NCBI GenBank assembly: GCA_951406725.2
Contig: OX597825.1
Location: 55,800,001-55,864,000 of the forward strand
Length of the DNA: 64,000 nucleotides
Source of the DNA: Octopus vulgaris
Lineage: Eukaryota
Direction: 5' to 3'
The notes under the pieces were generated by a model. That model was not told where the DNA came from. It saw only the letters and a program-made list of their open reading frames with translations, and did no database searches. Numbering within the stretch: position 1 is the stretch's first letter; every line of letters starts with the position of its first letter. Shown here in pieces: positions 1 to 15,655 of this stretch. The position numbers and the translations under genes were made by a program.

Positions 1-779
1 TCACTACAAGCTACTTTTGAAGCCTTCTTTGCACAGTCAGATGTCAGTATAGTTAGAAGGAAACAATGCAGCTATTAATAAGAGGTGTTTGAAATTAATG
101 CATGCAAAATTTTACAGCTCTAGCGTCATTCCTTCATCGGCATGAATCTTTTTCGTGATGGTCGACCATTAGCCGAATCCATCCTACAAGTGGTAATGGT
201 TGTTGGACATCAGTGAGGAATAGCTGGACACTGCATGAGCATGTGCAGAAAGATTTCGTCGCTCAGGATGTATTTTTAACAGTACCATTTGTAGAGTTTC
301 ACTCAAGCAGTACTCCTCGGTAGCATTTATTGCCAGGTAAAAACACTTCCGGAGGCTACTCATAATAATTTCCGGTTAAAATCTCTTCCCGAACATTTCA
401 CTTAGTTTTTCGTCGATGTCTAGAATTTCCCCAAAGATACCGTCGCTCAACCTCACTTCCAGACTTATAAATATAGCTAAGTGGAGTTTCCCTAGGCTAC
501 CTTACTCAACTGGTAGACGGCAATGAGTACTGGACCATATTTTAGAAATGTTTCATTGTCTTTCTTTTTTTTCTATTTTTATTTATTTACTGTTTTTGCT
601 ACATTGGCTTCGGGTGGGGTCGTAAATTACAACGATAAATTTTTTCAAAATGGAAAAAAGTGGCATGGAAAATATATATATTCCAGCAAAAGACAGTGAT
701 CGAAAGAAGACCCTACACATCGAAGATTTCTCTTATAACCATAAGAACAATAGCTCCTCCCAGCTGATACTGTTGTTGT

Positions 780-1330
780 TGTTATTTAAGTCTAGATTGG
801 CCCTGATCCAGTAGAATTATGGTCACAAGTATTTGATAATAATAATATCATTGTCACGGTTATTATTGTTTAACACCAGGTCAGCTCTGATCCAGCAGAA
901 TTATCCTCAGAAGAACTTTTTCTTAAGACTAACCCAGTTCTGATCCTGCACACTTCTGATAAAAATTTATCGATGATGCTGTTATTCTTGTTTCTGCTGT
1001 CATTGTTGATGATGATGATGTTTAGCCCCAGGTCAGCCTTGATCCAGCAGAATTATGATCAAATGTGATTTTTGTGGATCCAATACAACCAAAAGAGATT
1101 ATAACGGTGGCAATATAATTTACCTCTAAACTAGAGTTGGTCCATCAAAACTGACAACAAACATTCCATCTATGACCAATCCAACGTTTTACGTTACATA
1201 TAGTGTTATATAGGCGATACATTTATCCAAATTGTTTCTCATTTCTTAAGACGTTACGGTGCGATTTAAGACAGATTTCTGTTGCTACTGTGTCTATGAT
1301 ATGATGCGATCACGTTGAGTCTCTCTGGTT
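780..1330 (-). repeat. Cluster of decayed copies of an interspersed-repeat (SINE-like) 3' segment
   Basis: Motif GTTTA.CCCCAGGTCAGC.CTGATCCAGCAGAATTATG recurs near 785, 870, 930 and 1020. Related decayed sequence occurs at about 3075-3330, 8140-8265 and 53725-53960. Confidence 0.5.
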
Positions 1331-1369
1331 ACTGTTGCTGTTGTTTACATGTGTTAATATTACAATTAC

Positions 1370-1429
<60 letters not shown>

Positions 1430-2069
1430 AATCTCCACCTCCCCTCCTCCTCCTCCGCTACCCCTCCCCTGATGATGTCATAGAAGCAACCTGATTTCCA
1501 AGTTATTGATTATTTGCAGAGCAACAAGTCAAAAGATTTTTACCGTTTTTCCTTCCTTTTTTCGATATTTTATGAAGAATTTCCTAAATAAAATATGATA
1601 ATGTATATTTTCTTCTTCCACTTTACCATTCTTTTCTTACACTCCATTTCGCTCTCTCTCTCTCTCTCTCTCTCGCTCATCTCTCTCTCTCGCTCATCCT
1701 CTCTCTCTCGCTCATCCTCTCTCTCTCATCCCCCTTCTCTCTCATACTCTCTCTCATTTTCTCTCTTTGTCTCTCTCTCTATTTCTTTACTTTTTCTTTT
1801 TACTTTTGTCTATGTATATTTATTTGTACGTGAGTATGTATGTGTTTGTGTGTGTGTAGGAACGTATGGAGATAGGTATGTATGTGTGATATAATATATG
1901 TATAAGTGTGTTCGTGTGTGTGTATATCCGTGTTTCTGTAAATGTATAGCATGTGCGTCGATTTCTGTCGCTACTTAACAATGACCGCGTATGTCTATCA
2001 AGTGCACACACACACACACACACACACTCAAACATCGTTTCTAGTATTTCTTCATTCTCTCTATTCCGA

Positions 2070-2104
<35 letters not shown>

Positions 2105-2164
2105 ATATCTATCTATCTATCTATCTGTCTGTCTATCTCTCTATATACATACTTACATAAATAC

Positions 2165-2216
<52 letters not shown>

Positions 2217-2281
2217 TATCTATACATATATGTACACACACACACACATGTATTCATATATACGAACACAAACATCAAAAT

Positions 2282-2347
<66 letters not shown>

Positions 2348-3702
2348 GGATGGATAGATAGATAGATAGCTAGATGCCTATACTTCTCTCCCTGTATTTA
2401 TCTGTCTGGTAATCTATTCTTCTCTCTGCCTGTCTACCCCCCTCTCTCTCTATCTCTCTCTCTCTCTACCAACATGAATACATACATATATACATACACA
2501 TACGTACATACATGCACACGTAAATGCATTTCTGTCGATTTCGACAATGATTCTTCACTTATTGGATCAAATCAACAACCTACTCAATGTAGTTTGTGAG
2601 TTTCAGAATATTCCAGACAAGTGTACTCTTCATATAATCCTCAGCAGAATCAACGTCATGCAGTGTGAATCGTTTGATTATTAATATCATGGGTTCAGTT
2701 CCACCTTCTCTTACAACGGTTAGGTCAACCTAAGGCTGTGATAATTGTTAAGGCATGAAATTATGGAATAACAATTACCAAAGCTGCCATTCTGACAACA
2801 TATTGAACTTACATCTCGGATGTCGAAACGGAAGGAAATATTAAAATTATGTAAGGTCTGGAATATGAGATGATGGGTCGTATCAGTAAAGGGTGATTTA
2901 TAAAAGCTGGTTTACAAATCTATATTTTAGTCAAACTGTTTAACAAACTGACGTTTCGAACATTTGTCATTCATCACAAAGAAAATGTCGAGCTTTGAGA
3001 ACCTTCTCTATACATGACTCATACATCATTTTATACGGATATAATTCATTACATGTCAAGTTAATAATGAAGTTTCTGTCTGGTGGCTTTACCTGTTAGA
3101 AATAACGCTAAAATGTCTTTGAAATTTTAAAAGAAAGGGCACATTCGAGAGTATCAGTAAAAGCCATAGTTTTGAACAAAAGACTGGATGTTCAAGGCTA
3201 GAACCCTTTTCGCCAGAAGTATGTTTTTCAAAATAAAGGACACAGATGATAGTGTTTCATAAACACATCGTTTTGAATAAAATATGGAATGTCATAGTTA
3301 GGATATGTTTGAACAGAATCTACAGTTTGAAATTGAAAGATAAATTAACATGGAAATTAAAGGAGGGTTTAAAATTAGGTCACCTGAAACCAGGAAGTTT
3401 ATATCATAGAACCAACGGTGAGTAGTGTACAAATATTTTATGCAATATAGAGAGCGACCCTTTGAATTTTTTACTAGACTATACTATAAGAAATTGCAAC
3501 TATAATGTTGTTCCTTGAACAGGGCTCCATTAGACTATTTCTAGAATATATTCAATGGCTAAATTCAATATCAAAATCAAAAATATATTAGATTATTGTT
3601 TGCTCTAGTACAGACAATCCCCTGTAGTAAATTCCCAAACATATTCCAAACACACACACACACACACACCCACACCCACACACCCACACACCCACACACA
3701 TT

Positions 3703-3747
<45 letters not shown>

Positions 3748-3849
3748 CATACACACACGTGTGTGTATGTATGTGTATGCAGAGAGAGAGAGAGAGAGAC
3801 AGATAGAGATTTATACATACATGTATATTTCCATACATACATATATATA

Positions 3850-4143
3850 CCAAAATGCAAATATATGGGAAACTACCACCTGTGTCATCTCTTGTGAAAG
3901 GCAGGAGAGTCCAGTTTGCTGGACATTGTTGTAGAGCTGAAAACGAGGCAATTTCTACTCTTCTCCTCTGGAAGCCATCTACTCGCGATACCAGAGGGCG
4001 CACACTCTCCTACCCTGATGTAATCTCCAGGGATACAGGTATCCAGCAACAGGACCTCCGTAATGCTATGATGGACCGTGAAGTCTGGCGTAGCATGGTA
4101 AATTCCATTGACTGGACCACGGTCGAACAATGATGATGATGAT
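3850..4143 (+). mobile_element. RTE-clade non-LTR retrotransposon, 5'-truncated 3' end
   Basis: Translation IYGKLPPVSSLVKGRRVQFAGHCCRAENE...LLLWKP...RGRTLSYPDVISRDTG...AMMDREVWR matches the RTE/RTEX ORF2 C-terminus. It ends in a (GAT)n tail. Confidence 0.85.
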
Positions 4144-5187
4144 ATATACCAACGGGAATCCTCCACTTTCTATACCCAGATTATAAATTCACATTTATAC
4201 GAACAATAATTGATGCACTTGGTCTAAGTGATGATCTATAAGAGCTAAGACTTTCAGAGAAGGAAATCAATCAGCTAACTAACACATCACAAATAGAGTC
4301 TGTAAGCGTAACAGTATAAATATGCAAGACATTTCTCAAGTTTAAAACATGACATTGTTTTTGTTAACTGCGTTCTGACGATGTCTAAAGATAAAGCTTT
4401 GTATGTTTGTTAGAAACCAGCTTTTTAAATGGAAGGCTTCAAATACTTAAAAATACGAGAGAATTCACACATATAGACATATATGTATACACACACAAAT
4501 ATAAACATATACATATGTATGTACATGAATGCATATATATGTACATACGTACACAGTGACAAACACATATATAGAAAATCATGCATATACACATGCAAAC
4601 ACATACATACATACATACATACATACATACATACATACATACATACATACATACATACATACATACATACGTTCGTACGTACTTACATACACACAGGCTT
4701 CTCAAAACCAGAAAGGAGAAAGCTAATTCGAAGACTACAGATCCAGACCATCACTGGAACTTCAAAAATCTGTGAAACGTTCCAGAAGTTTATCATTTAA
4801 ATATATCTGAGCATGTCTAGATATGCAAGTATATGCATGAGAATACACACATAAAAGAAAACATACATACATACATACATACATACATACATACATACAT
4901 ACATACATACATACATACATACATACATACATACATACATACATACATACATACATACATACATACACAGATCTATAAATTAATACATTTGCATAAAAAC
5001 AAAGAATGTTTTTACTGGGTGAACTGAGATGTTGTGATCTTCATGCATTCATTGATATGTTTACTGTCATACAGTAACAGTAAGCGACAAACACTTGTCC
5101 TCTACGGCTTACTTATAATTAAGCCTTTGCATATAATGTGATGCATACACAAGCGTAGGGTGGTGGTGATGGTGGTGTGGGGTTCAG

Positions 5188-5240
<53 letters not shown>

Positions 5241-5716
5241 TCTAATGGGATAGGGCGTGACTCTTGTAAAAACTCAAGCTCGTGGATATAGTTTGATAAA
5301 ATGAGTAAGTGAAGTGGAACTCACAAAATCCTGCAATTCAGACTGCCTCATGGCCCCAACAGACAAAATGGAAAAGGCGTTGCCCCGAAGGATGGCGAAG
5401 AAGATGCGCTAGAACAGTCACTGTGATTCACGGGGCTCGCACATGTGGGCAGCCATCTACGCCCCGATAGCGGTGAGCAGAGATATAGTCTGAGCGGGGT
5501 AGAAGAACGCCGAAGGCCTCCACCTCTGCCACAGGCTCCACCATAAATGGATTTCCGTCAGTTTCGACGCTGTTCATTCAAGTTGTTTTATCACCTGAGC
5601 AGACTACGCGTTGAATTAGACCTTACTTTAAGTGCCTGATATTTCACAGACAAGTTTATGCTTAACGGAAACTAGAAGGAAACTCAGTATGACGTAATTT
5701 TTAACAAACTATAACA

Positions 5717-5935
5717 GACTCTAGCATTTAAACCGGTGATATCTGGCCGAAATATCGTATCTATTCTATGTTCAACACAGCCAGATCCGGCCTCTCACAC
5801 TTGTCATTCTAAAAATAAACAATCACATCATCGAAATCTTGAAGCTACAAGATCATGCCTGATTAATTCAAAACAATGTGGGGAAACAAAATAAGCATTA
5901 TATTTGACCGAGTAATTTGAATGTTAAAGAGCTAA
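5717..5935. mobile_element. Decayed MITE, possibly piggyBac-type
   Basis: Imperfect terminal inverted repeats (ctctagcattta ... tgaatgttaaagagctaa) around about 200 bp of non-coding DNA. Family assignment is inferred from similarity to TTAA-CCCTTTAGCATT termini. Confidence 0.4.
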
Positions 5936-6143
5936 ATTGCGGGTGCATTCCACCCGATGAGGTTCTTCAAATTTTTCGTTTCCTCTACCTAGTTTCAGTT
6001 ACAGAGCTTGGATCGACCAGCAGCGGCAATACTGGAAGACATCTGTCCGAAATGTTACGCTTTGGTAGCGAACCCCACATCTCGAAATTTCGGAGCGAAC
6101 TTCATGTACCTTTACACTAGACAGCCACGCAAACACACAAATA

Positions 6144-6175
<32 letters not shown>

Positions 6176-6461
6176 CGCATATATACATGCATACATACAT
6201 ACATACATACATACATACACACGCACACAAACATGCACGCACACACACACACACGCACACATACACACACATATATATATATACATACGTACATATACTA
6301 ATATGTATAGAAAATATATAAACAAGTAGGTTTTATTGCTTACTGGAATATTGTATACATCATCTCTCTCTCTCCTTTTTTATCTTTCTCTCTCTCAAAC
6401 ACACATATATATATATACACATACACACGCATACACGCATATATACGTATATGTATTCATA

Positions 6462-6548
<87 letters not shown>

Positions 6549-7108
6549 CATACATACATGCATACATACATGCATATGTATATGCTTGCATACATAGATA
6601 CCAACATACATGCATGCATACATACATGCATGCATACATACGCATCCTCTGAATGACGGACATGCAGGCATGCAGAACGACGCACAGACACACATAGATA
6701 TGAACCAAGCATTGATTCACATCTACGTCTCGCTTGTGGTAAATCAATGAAGTTGAAATAGAAAAAGTATGAGAGAGAGAGAGGGGGGGCGAGAAGCAGA
6801 GAGAGAGACACACAGACGGAGACAGAGATGGTAAGAGAGAAGGAGGGTGGGAAAGGAGGGGAGGGAAATATGGAGAGTATTAACTAAATTGTGACTGAGT
6901 TATATAGGCAGTAACGAGTGATCCTTCAAATTCATATTTCCCTGTGTTTATGTAGAAGAACTATACATTGAAAAAAACAAAAAAAAAAAAAACAAGCACC
7001 AATGCGTGTATATATTTATATGAGATGAGAGATTGTGTGGTGGGAGAAAGAGATATGCAGGAAGAGATATATACAGAAATAAAAAGAGAAGTCGTAAGAT
7101 GGTGAAAG

Positions 7109-7166
<58 letters not shown>

Positions 7167-7170
7167 ACAC

Positions 7171-7203
<33 letters not shown>

Positions 7204-7253
7204 TCTTTTTCAAAAATATTTTTATACTTAGTAAAACTGTATATACATACACA

Positions 7254-7297
<44 letters not shown>

Positions 7298-7300
7298 AAT

Positions 7301-7348
<48 letters not shown>

Positions 7349-7397
7349 TGAAGTATATTTGCCACTTAAATGTGGCTAACCCCTAATATTTATTTTT

Positions 7398-7518
<121 letters not shown>

Positions 7519-8610
7519 GTGTGTTTATGTGTGTGTGAGTATATATATATATACATACATACATGTCTGTGTGTATGTACGTATGTACGCAAGCATGTAT
7601 GTATGTATATACTTCGATGATAATCGGAGAGAAAGAGCAGCGGGAAACAAAGAGCAGGATAAAGAGAGAATTTCACAGTGATGGTACGACAAACCAGTAT
7701 TTATTATTTCCCCAAAACACCAGCAACAACATGAACAACAACGTGAACACAGCAGCAGCATTAGCAGCGGTAGTAGAAACACAGAAACGTGCTGTGATGT
7801 AATGGCTTTCATCCTACAATGTATATACATATGTACACAAGCCAATGTAGAAAACCTTCGTAATGTATACTCTAAATAATTATAATAATGGCTTTCCTTC
7901 TCCTCAGAGTTTAATTCTAAAATGTCTTTCAAACGTTTTTCTAGTTTTCTCACCTATTTTCCGTCATTTCTCTCCACGTAACTCAACATTTATTGAATTA
8001 CCTCACCTAGGTACCTATCGAAGGTAAGGTTGATAGTTTGTCTGGGTGACTAGTTATTGAATAAGGGGTTTTGGGGGTTTATTTTTTATAATTTTCAGCC
8101 AATCCGTTTACTTATATAATTGCCCCTGCCTAACTGATCGTCTTTCGAGAAATAGCAGCTAAATCTTTCTTGAATTAGCACATTGGAAAGAAAAACAGCA
8201 TTAAGATTATGTAGTCCTAGCTATCACTTAACAAGACTGGATGATCACGGCCTGAAAGGCATTTTAATAGAGGGTGTAATAGATCGAGATTGACCGGGGA
8301 TTCGACAGTATTAACTTAAATAAAATCATGTATGGATTTACACATGCACTGAGGGTATTAAAGTGCTCAAACGGGTATAGGTAGATAGACACGCATGTAT
8401 TGTTTAGGAGAGAAGAAAAATTTGCTTTAGCGTAATGGGTTATACAAGTGACAGTGGGTGGTGCACCCGCAAACAGATATTCAACCGAGTGTGTCTCTTC
8501 AGAAGCTACAGTCATTTATCTCTCTCACACACGCTCGCACACATATGCACATACACACATTCATGGATGCATACACACACACATACATATATACATGTGT
8601 ATATATATAA

Positions 8611-8841
8611 AGGGCGGCGAGCTGGCAGAAACGTTAGCACGCCGGGCGAAATGCGTAGCCGTATTTCGTCTGCCGTTACGTTCTGAGTTCAAATTCCGCC
8701 GAGGTCGACTTTGCCTTTCATCCTTTCGGGGTCGATAAATAAAGTACCAGTTATGCACTGGGGTCGATGTAATCGACTTAACCCATTCGTCTGTCCTTGT
8801 TCGTTCCCTCTGTGTTTAGCCCCTTGTGGGTAGTAAAGAAA
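8611..8841 (+). mobile_element. tRNA-derived SINE with Meta-like central domain, near full length
   Basis: Head GGCGGCGAGCTGGCAGAAACGTTAGCACGC, B-box GAGTTCAAATTCC, core GACTTTGCCTTTCATCCTTTCGGGGTCGATAAA. Near-identical copy at 34134-34361. Confidence 0.85.
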
Positions 8842-8956
8842 TATATATATAAATAAATATATATATGTACATACACACCTATACATGTCTATACACACTT
8901 ACACACACACACTTACACACTTACACACACACACTCACACTTACACACACACACAC

Positions 8957-8995
<39 letters not shown>

Positions 8996-9696
8996 TATAT
9001 ATATATATATATATGTTTGTATGTTTGTATGTAAAAGGGTATCTTCAATGACGATACCAATTTATACAGTTAACGACGGGTTATGTACCCAAAACAAATT
9101 TTAGCCGGGGACACCATATACTCATAAGGTCGTTTTTACTGGTGTAGTGATCAATTTATCTATTTTGCTCAGCACAAATAATTACCTGATAATATTTACT
9201 TAGAAAGTAAATTCATTATTTGTACTCAGTGATTATGTACCCCTAAATAAATAACCAGGAGGAATATAGCTCACACTTGTATTCTTGTTGTTGCTCAATG
9301 GGTAAAGAACAAGTTAGGTCATTGACACCATGCCTAATGCCATGCAGGGTTCTATTCCACGCGAGGTAAATCATACAACTGGTAACATGGTACCAAGGAG
9401 ATATTTAATACTACGATTACTGTTTTAGCCATGGTATACATCTCTCCAAATATTATTATTGTTCTTGGGGTAATTTCTCCTTAGTTCCTCCATCCGTATA
9501 CATAAAGTAGACGTGTAAAAATATACCCAAGTCTATTTTCTATAATAACGGGTAGTGTACACATTATAGACATTAACCTGTGAAATCTGACAGATTGGGT
9601 AAATATTTCCTGTAGTGTTTAGTATAGTTGTGAGTGTTAACAGCAAATATACACTTATCCGAGAGTGTGTGTGTATACATACATACATATATATAT

Positions 9697-9773
<77 letters not shown>

Positions 9774-9959
9774 CATATATATATATATATATATATTTGT
9801 ATATGTATATATGTATGTATATATGAATATATGTGTATGTGTATATATATGTGTATGTATATATGCATATATATACATATACATACCTACATACATACAT
9901 ATATATATATATACACACACACATGGTTATACATATATATGTACGTCTGTATGTATCTG

Positions 9960-10094
9960 TCTCCCAAAATATTTAGCGTGGCAGTTTATTTCCCTCTTAT
10001 ATTTAGTAGAGTGTATCTAATCTGAACATAAATATATATACACAGATGCATTTAAGGTGACAGTTTGTTTCACAGTAAATAAATATTTAGCAGA

Positions 10095-10151
<57 letters not shown>

Positions 10152-11720
10152 CATACATACATACACACACAAGCAGAAGTATTAAATGTGGCAGTTTTTT
10201 TATACAGCAATAAATATTTACCAGGCTATATATCTGAATGTATACGCATGTGTATGTGTGTGTCTGCGTGTGTGTGTTGTGTGTGTATGTGTGTGCGTGT
10301 GTGTGTGTGTTGTGTGTGTGTGTGTGTGTACAAAGTATTAAGTGTGGTAGATCGTGTCACAGCCAATAAGTATTTAGCAGGGTAAAATTATCCGAGAATA
10401 TTTACGCGTGGTGTGCTGTACATATTTCACAGGAAATATTTATCGGGTAATTAACTCCGAGGATATTTAGTGTGGTGAAGGGTATTTTATTCCAAATACA
10501 TATTTATCCGGGTAATATGTCCAAGTGGGGTTTTTTAGAGTCCAAGAGTATTCTCATTAACCGTGACTGTTTTGCTCTAAATCGAGATAACCCCTGGGTA
10601 TATCCTGTGCAACAATAGTCCAAATCGATATGCATGCGCGTATATTCTATGTCCAAGTGCATTTCAGATGATAGCGTGCATTATATTCCAAAAAGATTAC
10701 TCATATGAGTGATATATCCAGGCATAAAGAGTGCAGAGATGTGTATTTTAATCCAAGTGGTTACCATTGCGGTTAAGTCCAAAATTATTCAAGGTGGCTT
10801 TGAATTCAGAAATGTATGTTTTAGTCCGCCTGGTTGTGTCCAAAATGATAAAGGTGGCTGTGAATACTTTACTCCAAACGATTATCAACGCAGGTAAATA
10901 TGTCCAGGTGTATTTTGTGTAATGATGAATGTTTTAATCTAAAATTTTATAATTATGTGTATATTATGTCCAAGGCATTCGAGGTGGATCTGAGCATAGC
11001 GATAACTCTTTAGTTTGAGGTATATATATAGGTCCAAGACTATTTAATGTAGTTGTAAATAGTTTCTCCATGGGAATATTAATGCAAGTATATATATGTC
11101 CAGATATATTTGGTATGACCATGTGTATTTTGTCCATATTACGGGCATATTTTGTCCAAGAGCATTCGAGGTGGTTGGGGGTATTTTATCTTTACTCCAT
11201 ATGAATATTAATGCGGGTAATATGTCCAAATATCCTGAATATGCCCATGGGTATTTTTCTTCAAAAGACTATGAATATGGGTATATAATGTTGAAAGGTG
11301 CTTAAAATTGTTACGGGTGTTTTACTCCAAATGGGTAATTTTGTGGGTAAGTATGTCCAGACATATTTAGTATGTAGATGTTTTACTCCAAATGCATAAG
11401 ATTGCAGATATATGAGGTCGAAGAGAATTCAGAGCAGATGTAGATATTTTGGTTCCAGATGACTGATTCATAATTTTATCCGTGTAAATTGGTCGAAAGC
11501 CTTGGTAGTGTGTATTATACTACCTTTAAGCATATATCCAGGTCAATTTTATCCAAGATTTAATTATATCAAGTAAAGTTACCTTATCCAGAAGTGTGTG
11601 TGCGCGTGTGCATTATCGAATCCATATTTCAAACATATTAAGTTTTATGATTTTTTTTTATTTGGTCACAAAGTAACAGATGGGTAAATATGTCCAAAAT
11701 ATCCAGAGATTACGTAAGAG
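9960..11720. repeat. Ancient diverged tandem array, period about 60 bp
   Basis: Alternating motifs TATTTTA(C/A)TCCAAA and GGTAAATATGTCCAAG...ATTTAG recur at about 60-bp spacing, clearest at 10400-11600. Confidence 0.6.
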
Positions 11721-12139
11721 TAAATGTGTACATGATACAGAGAGCAGGTAAGTTCATTATTAACATCCAATGACGTAGATAGCTTCACAATAAAACGTAT
11801 TTTTGCAGAATATATTTGTGTTAAACGAAAATGAATGTTTTTTCGTTTTATTTTTGCAGTCTTAACCCAGAAACATGCGTTATTTCCGGATTAAAACTTG
11901 TCGGTGTAACATCGCTGGACATGAGTGAGTTTGCAATCGAAGATCAAGATTTAATTAAAAGTTGTTCCGTATTCATGCCGTGATGCTTCTTGAAGAAGAA
12001 AAGGAATATAGATATATGTATATATATTTGTGTGTGTGTGTGTGTGTGAATAATGTACGTATAAAAAATAAAAAAGCAAAAACAACAAAAACAAAAAAAA
12101 GACGTACACAGTCAATGTTATAGATTGACGCTCAGTTTC

Positions 12140-12200
12140 AGGTGGAAAAAATAGAGATGTGACGTTTCAAGCATAGCTCTTCGTCAAAAAGACGAAAGTG
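12140..12200 (-). ncRNA. Degenerate type I hammerhead-like motif (Penelope-like element relic)
   Basis: Minus strand reads tttgacga-agagc-tat-gctt-gaaacgtc, a mutated CUGANGA/stem II/GAAA/ACGU-C pattern. Confidence 0.4.
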
Positions 12201-13134
12201 GAAAGGGCTAGAGAAAGGGAAAAGGATAGTCCGAGAAAAGCACGCGTGTGGTCACATGGCTGAAGTGACCGCACACACACACACACACACACACACATAC
12301 GCACACACACACACACACACACGCAAACACACACACACGCACACACACACACACATTTATATAGGTACATACATGTACGTGTAAATTTATGCGTGTATAT
12401 GTGTCTGTGCGTGCGCGTGTATGCCCCCCAAAAATCTTGTCCAAGAGTGATCCATTGGTGTATCTCTGTCCACAATAAACAAGAAACTTTGTCCCGAGAA
12501 TTTTTTTTTAAATTTCAAAGAGCTGCATTTAGAACCAAACAAAAGAAAGAGCATTGATTTTTATTCAATAGCAAAAAGAAGTCATCTTAAGTGAAACATG
12601 TAACCTGTTTTTCACAAAGCTATCTTCTCCATTTATATCAATCGAAAGCCATCCATCGGTCAAACACTCCTTTATCATCAACCCATTAACAAATTATATA
12701 TACAACTTACTAATTGGATGTGAATTATATTTTATCTGAACGACGAAATAAAAAGCGCAGTTGAGGTAAAATAATCTGGAATTTCATAACGCGCTGTGCG
12801 AGAGATTTTGCTGACAATGGCTGGGTAAAAGTGCTGAAGTTAACCAATGCGCTTACAGTGTGAGTGTTAAAAATGGTCTAAAGAAGTACATTAAGCTGGC
12901 GGGGAGCGCGTTTTTCAAAGTTTGTCTTCCAATTAAAGTCATAGAGCTAGATAGAACACACAATATTCTATTACACAACAGGAAGGAAGTTTTGTCCATA
13001 AAGACACACAATAGCAGGATAATTGAATCCTAGAGACTTATTGTTAGTGCGGAATGGTTTACCGGTACTGTGTAAATAAAGGCGACTTGAAGCATTTTAG
13101 TTTGGAGTTACACACACACAAACACACACAAACA

Positions 13135-13171
<37 letters not shown>

Positions 13172-13507
13172 ACACACAAACACTCAAAGGCACGCACAAA
13201 CGCATGCACACACATCAATGCACACTCATACACAAATAGATAACCAGATGGACATATAGATAAATAGATAGATAAATTGGTAGCTACATAAAAAGACAGA
13301 GATAAATAGACATAGTTAGAGAATGGCAGGGAGAGAAAGAGAGAGAAATAGCCACTCAAACAGACAGACTTTTAGACAGATAAACAGATTGACAGACACA
13401 CGGACAGACGCACAGATACGGACACACTCACACACGTGCGCAGATAGAAAGATAGATAGATAGATTGATAGATAGATAGAGAGATAGATAGAGAGATAGA
13501 TAGTTAG

Positions 13508-13574
<67 letters not shown>

Positions 13575-14204
13575 TAACAGCTACAATAATTATACATACA
13601 TACATACATACATACATACATACATACATACATACATACATACATACATACATACATACATACATACATTTATTTGAAACACAAAAGAACATTCATGTAC
13701 GGTTACAAATGCGAAATTTCTTCCAAAATCTGCGGAAAGGAGAATATTTATGAAGAATTTTTTCTAGACTTATAGCTCTTAGACCCTAATTATAAATTTC
13801 CATTTATACTAGTAATTATTAATGTACTTAGTCATGTCAGTAAATATCTAAGTAAAACTCAAGCTCGAAAATCAAAGCGAAAGGTTAGCTAACATGTATT
13901 TACAGGTACATTTTGTAAGCGAAACAATAAAAGTATGCAAGATTTCCCTTAAGTTCAATATGTAGCAATTATAGTCGATGCTATCCATATTCCAGCGATT
14001 GAGATTTTGTTTTCTGTTAACAGCCAGCCTTTCTCGTAGGGAGAATTCTGATAATTAAAAAACAAATCTCATACATATATGCACCCAGATGCACACATAT
14101 TACACTGAGATGTGTATACAAACACACACACATTCTCAGTCATTTATATGCATTTATGGATACATATGTGTGTGTGTATAAAAGTAAATATATATATCTT
14201 TTTT

Positions 14205-14605
14205 CCTCTTTACTCTTTTACTTGTTTCAGTCATTTGACTGCGGCCATGTTGGAGCACCGCCTTTTAGTCGAGCAAATCGACCCCACGATTTATTCTTTG
14301 TAAGCCTAGTACTTATCCTATCGGTCTCTTTTGCCGAACCGCTAAGTAACGGGGACGTAAACACACCAGAATCGGTTGTCAACCGATGTTGGGGAGACAA
14401 ACACAGACACACAAACACACACACACACATATATATATATACATATACGACGGACTTCTTTCAGTTTCCGTCTACCAAATCTACTCACAAGACTTTGGTC
14501 GGCCCGAGGCTATAGTAGAAGACACTTGCCCAAGGTGCCACGCAGTGGGACTGAACCCGGAACTGTGTGGTTGGTAACCAAGCTACTTACCACACAGCCA
14601 CTCCT
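14205..14605 (-). mobile_element. tRNA-derived SINE with internal (TA/TG)n linker and LINE-like 3' tail
   Basis: Minus-strand head GGAGTGGCTGTGTGGTAAG...GGGTTCAGTCCC; tail GGCGGTGCTCCAACATGGCCGCAGTCAAATGACTGAAAC. Confidence 0.85.
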
Positions 14606-14608
14606 GTG

Positions 14609-14643
<35 letters not shown>

Positions 14644-14919
14644 TAATCTATGTATATATGTATATGCTCGCGTGTATATATATATATAAAAGGACACACA
14701 TACATATACACGTTCACACACAAGCAGACCCATATTCACAAACACCACCACTACCACTACCGTACACAGATACACGTCATTTCTTCATGGTATAAACACA
14801 TATTTGTAAATATCTCTCGCATTTTTTTTCGTTCGTTTTTGTGGGGAAACGGTAGCAGCTGTAAACCAACGAGATATTACATGAGAGACAGTAATGTCAA
14901 ATAGATGACTACCTAATGA

Positions 14920-15249
14920 TATTTAACAACTGCAGTATAACATATCTATATCTCTATAGCGATATTATTTAATCTATAGTTAAACAATTATGTAGCATAA
15001 CACATCTGTATCACTAATGCTCTATTGTCTATCAGTTTAATTAAACAAACATATACTTCAACACTTCTATATCTCTTCAGTTTGCTAGATCATCTATCAG
15101 TTAAATAAATGCCTTTATAGTATAACTCATTTATATGACTATAGCTATGCTGGCTATCAATATATTAAAAACTATATATCATAGCATCAATAACTCTACA
15201 GCTATGATATCTATCAATTTAATTAAACAACTATATACATCTCTCTCTA

Positions 15250-15314
<65 letters not shown>

Positions 15315-15323
15315 CTCTATCTA

Positions 15324-15366
<43 letters not shown>

Positions 15367-15655
15367 CTACATTACCCTTCAGCTTATTATAAGACCGTAC
15401 TATAGTGAATCTATATCTCTATAGCTGGTGATATTACCTACCAGTTTAATTAAACACTGAAGTCTTATAAACACATCTATATATCACTATAGCTGTATTA
15501 TGCATTACTTTAATTAAAGTTATATACTATAATGCATCAACATAGCTATATTACCCATCAACATAGCGTGGAACCATGCCATAATACGCCTATATCTGTA
15601 GCTTCAATAGCCATGCAATTTTTACAGCTATTAGATATCACTATAGTTACATCAC
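14920..15655. repeat. Diverged AT-rich tandem array, period about 58-60 bp, interrupted by (TCTA)n/(TA)n
   Basis: Repeating ...ATAACACATCTATATC.CTATAGC...TATCAGTTTAATTAAAC. Confidence 0.6.

Noticed and set aside
11748-11925. Plus-strand intron/exon signals (cag|gtaagt ... tttttgcag)
   Set aside because: No coherent reading frame or neighbouring exons; cannot be supported without RNA data.
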